DNA of 64,000 bases. Origin: Candidatus Bathyarchaeota archaeon (GTDB taxonomy: Archaea; Thermoproteota; Bathyarchaeia; TCS64). The stretch lies in the NCBI GenBank assembly GCA_018652685.1, contig JABIBQ010000028.1, forward strand, positions 34,648-98,647, written 5' to 3'. The notes under the pieces are model-generated. The model searched no databases, was not told the DNA's origin, and saw only the letters and a program-made list of their open reading frames with translations. A program made the position numbers and the translations under genes. Numbering within the stretch: the first letter of the stretch is position 1; each line of letters opens with the position of its first letter. Shown piece after piece: positions 61,785 through 64,000 of the stretch.

Positions 61785-62801
61785 TTGAGCAAACTAGTTG
61801 GACTCCTCCTTTTCTTGATGATACTCCTAGTCCCTGTTTCGGCTCAATCGACGGGAGAAATTCCTCATATTGAGGTATATCCTGAGATTGTTGATATCGC
61901 GTTTATCGTTAATACCGATAGTGAATTCAATTCAACAAAGACCCAAGAGGCTCTCAATTATGGGATACCGGTGGTCTACTACGGGGAAAACCCGGAACTA
62001 TTCAACGAGTTATACAACTTTTCACTGACTTTGACCGGGGAGACCGATAACACCACCAAAAATGTTGCACTTGGGGGCGTAATACTCAGACGTAGACCTG
62101 TGCTCGTCGAGCAAACATTGAGCATCAAGGACTACTCCTATGACCCGAGTCATCTTAATAGAAGCCGCGAGTGGATCGCAAAGTCGTTCAGTTATCCAGA
62201 CACATCGTTTGATGTCTTTTCTAGAATCGAGCTGGAATACCAGGAACCATACGGAGTTCTTGAGACCCTGACTGAGATAGTCCAAGTAAATGATACCTCC
62301 TCCGAGTTTGACTGGTACGACGTGACTGTTTCACAGACACTGACACCGGGGGCGAACTCAAGCGGCAGCGACTGGGAGTGGGAATGGCTGACCTATACCA
62401 TGAACGGCTCAATGGTTGAGTCCAATGTCTTCCTGTCCGATTATGACCAGCCTCCCTCCGGGGACCTGCCCACGGGGCTCTTCAGTTTCCTCTGGCGGAT
62501 ACTGAACTTCGATCCAAGAGATTTGCTCCCCTGGCTTTACCCACCTCCTATAGATGTTGAGGGTTTAGATATGAGCGATTTCAGCCAAGAGTTACTCAAC
62601 ATCAGATATCAGGCTCCTAACAGGTACCAGAAAGCCAACGAGCCCCTTGAGGTCAGGCACCACTACGTGTTGCGAGTGGGTGAAGGCGAGCCTCTGAAGT
62701 TCTGGCAGCAGTCACAGGTCAAGTACGTCAAGGGCAACGTGATCGCTGCACCCCCCTACTTCTCACCACTCATGGGCGAGGGCTACCTAGAGCTACGATA
62801 A
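61785..62801 (+). CDS. Secreted beta-rich hypothetical protein
   Basis: Signal peptide MSKLVGLLLFLMILLVPVSA; 338-aa ORF. Confidence 0.7.
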   Translation: MSKLVGLLLFLMILLVPVSAQSTGEIPHIEVYPEIVDIAFIVNTDSEFNSTKTQEALNYGIPVVYYGENPELFNELYNFSLTLTGETDNTTKNVALGGVILRRRPVLVEQTLSIKDYSYDPSHLNRSREWIAKSFSYPDTSFDVFSRIELEYQEPYGVLETLTEIVQVNDTSSEFDWYDVTVSQTLTPGANSSGSDWEWEWLTYTMNGSMVESNVFLSDYDQPPSGDLPTGLFSFLWRILNFDPRDLLPWLYPPPIDVEGLDMSDFSQELLNIRYQAPNRYQKANEPLEVRHHYVLRVGEGEPLKFWQQSQVKYVKGNVIAAPPYFSPLMGEGYLELR

Positions 62802-62833
62802 GCCCTATATCCGACCGGCACAACGGTGCGGGT

Positions 62834-63226
62834 ATGAGTATGATGATTACGCAGATCGAGGGCTGGAAGCTCAAGGCGGAGTACGACGGTTTCACCGTGA
62901 TAAGCGGACAGGCTACAAGGGATTCTGATTACGAGGGCTTCAGCCCCGGCAAGCTGATGGTTGCAGGACTGGGCATGTGCACGGGGATGCACGCAGTCAC
63001 CTACTTGACAAAGCACGGTATCGAGTACAGTGACCTGGAGCTAGAGCTGACAACGGAGGGCGCCGGTAACCCGGCAAGGTATGCCGTGTTCAACATGGGC
63101 ATCTCCGTGAAGGCCGACCTCAACGAGGAGCACTACAAAGGATTGGCCGAGGAGTGCAACAGGTGCTTCGTGGGAAACACCATGACACACCAGCCAGAAA
63201 TCAAGATAGATATTAAAACAGTTTAG
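62834..63226 (+). CDS. OsmC/YhfA family protein
   Basis: G.SP..L..AGLG.C and C.V.NT conserved cysteines. Confidence 0.85.
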   Translation: MSMMITQIEGWKLKAEYDGFTVISGQATRDSDYEGFSPGKLMVAGLGMCTGMHAVTYLTKHGIEYSDLELELTTEGAGNPARYAVFNMGISVKADLNEEHYKGLAEECNRCFVGNTMTHQPEIKIDIKTV

Positions 63227-63768
63227 AGGCTCTTTCCGAGCTCTCTAGCCTTTTCCAACAACTCTGCGTTGTCTTTTACGGGCTTGTTCCCACTCCCATG
63301 AGCCTTCAAGCCGCCAACAATCTCCATCTCCCAGTAATGGGTCATCCTCTCGTTGAGCCAGTTCACCACCTCGGTGTAAGCGTCCTGGTTGTCCCATCCG
63401 CATGTTACCGCGTTGATGAATTTGACTCCTTTCGGGAACTTGTCGTTGTACTCTGCTCCGCGGCTCTTGGCGTAATAGTAGAGCCTGTCGATGAACAGTT
63501 TGGCTCTGCTGCTCACGTGGTCGTAGTAGATGGGTGTACCGAACACGAGTGCTCCCATTGACTCGATGTGGGGCATGATCTCTTTGAAACCGTCGTCAGG
63601 GTAGCCGTACCCCTCCTCTGCGTCGGTCAATGGGTTGATCTGCATGTCTCCGAGGTAGAACAGAACTGTCTCGTGCCCCGCCTCTTTCACCCCTTCAAGG
63701 GTTGCCTCTACTAGCTTGGCAGTGTTTCCGGTCTTCCTTGGACCTGCTACGATTCCTAGTACTTTCAT
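63223..63768 (-). CDS. Flavodoxin-fold FMN-binding protein (Isf-like, lacking the Cys cluster)
   Basis: KVLGI.AGPRK.GNT..LV, FGTP.YY..VS...K.FIDR. Confidence 0.88.
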   Translation of the reverse strand: MKVLGIVAGPRKTGNTAKLVEATLEGVKEAGHETVLFYLGDMQINPLTDAEEGYGYPDDGFKEIMPHIESMGALVFGTPIYYDHVSSRAKLFIDRLYYYAKSRGAEYNDKFPKGVKFINAVTCGWDNQDAYTEVVNWLNERMTHYWEMEIVGGLKAHGSGNKPVKDNAELLEKARELGKSL

Positions 63769-63801
63769 GATACGTAGGGTTGTGGGTGGGGATTGAAAAG
63801 G

Positions 63802-64000
63802 TTAGAGGGGCTCGATGGTGAAACTCCATGTGTACGGCCTGCTGGGGACGCGGTATTTGAACAGAGTGTCCGGTCCACAGGCGGCGCTTCCCAGGCCCGC
63901 CTGCATGTGGTCAATGTTCAGCAGTACATAGGGCTTCCTCTTCAGCTGGTACAGGTGCTCTGCCCCCTCCATGTCATCAACGGCGTAGCGGTGGGCACTG
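63802..64000 (-). CDS. C-terminus of a LacZ-type beta-galactosidase (GH2 small-chain domain), partial
   Basis: Manual translation SAHRYAVDDMEGAEHLYQLKRKPYVLLNIDHMQAGLGSAACGPDTLFKYRVPSRPYTWSFTIEPL*; matches the H..L...lniD..q.GlG..CGP motif. Confidence 0.75.
   Translation of the reverse strand, partial: SAHRYAVDDMEGAEHLYQLKRKPYVLLNIDHMQAGLGSAACGPDTLFKYRVPSRPYTWSFTIEPL

Overview
A 64-kb archaeal chromosomal window. The 16S sequence, eS6, aIF5B, CDC48, AglB, the archaeal-type mevalonate genes and a 16S-23S operon with no spacer tRNA and no linked 5S point to a TACK-type archaeon, most likely Bathyarchaeia (inferred). It contains one rRNA operon with visible processing stems, tRNA-Val(CAC), tRNA-Thr(TGT) and about 60 densely packed CDSs, mostly housekeeping and amino-acid/peptide catabolism. 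No transposase, integrase, CRISPR array or provirus was seen. The most notable element is a three-gene operon at 54492-57884. It encodes a short (684 aa), apparently hingeless SMC ATPase with Smc5/6-type head motifs, a kleisin-like protein and a MAGE/Nse3-like tandem winged-helix (KITE) protein, i.e. a candidate minimal archaeal Smc5/6-type complex. A C2H2 zinc-finger protein with a histone-H1-like tail lies nearby. Other leads are a promoter-bearing structured ncRNA candidate, a divergent regulator with operator-like repeats beside hsp20-cdc48, a PAC4/PSMG4-like gene, a catabolic cluster with altered active-site motifs, and a dispersed dif-like palindrome. All family calls come from motif recognition by eye; no searches were run.
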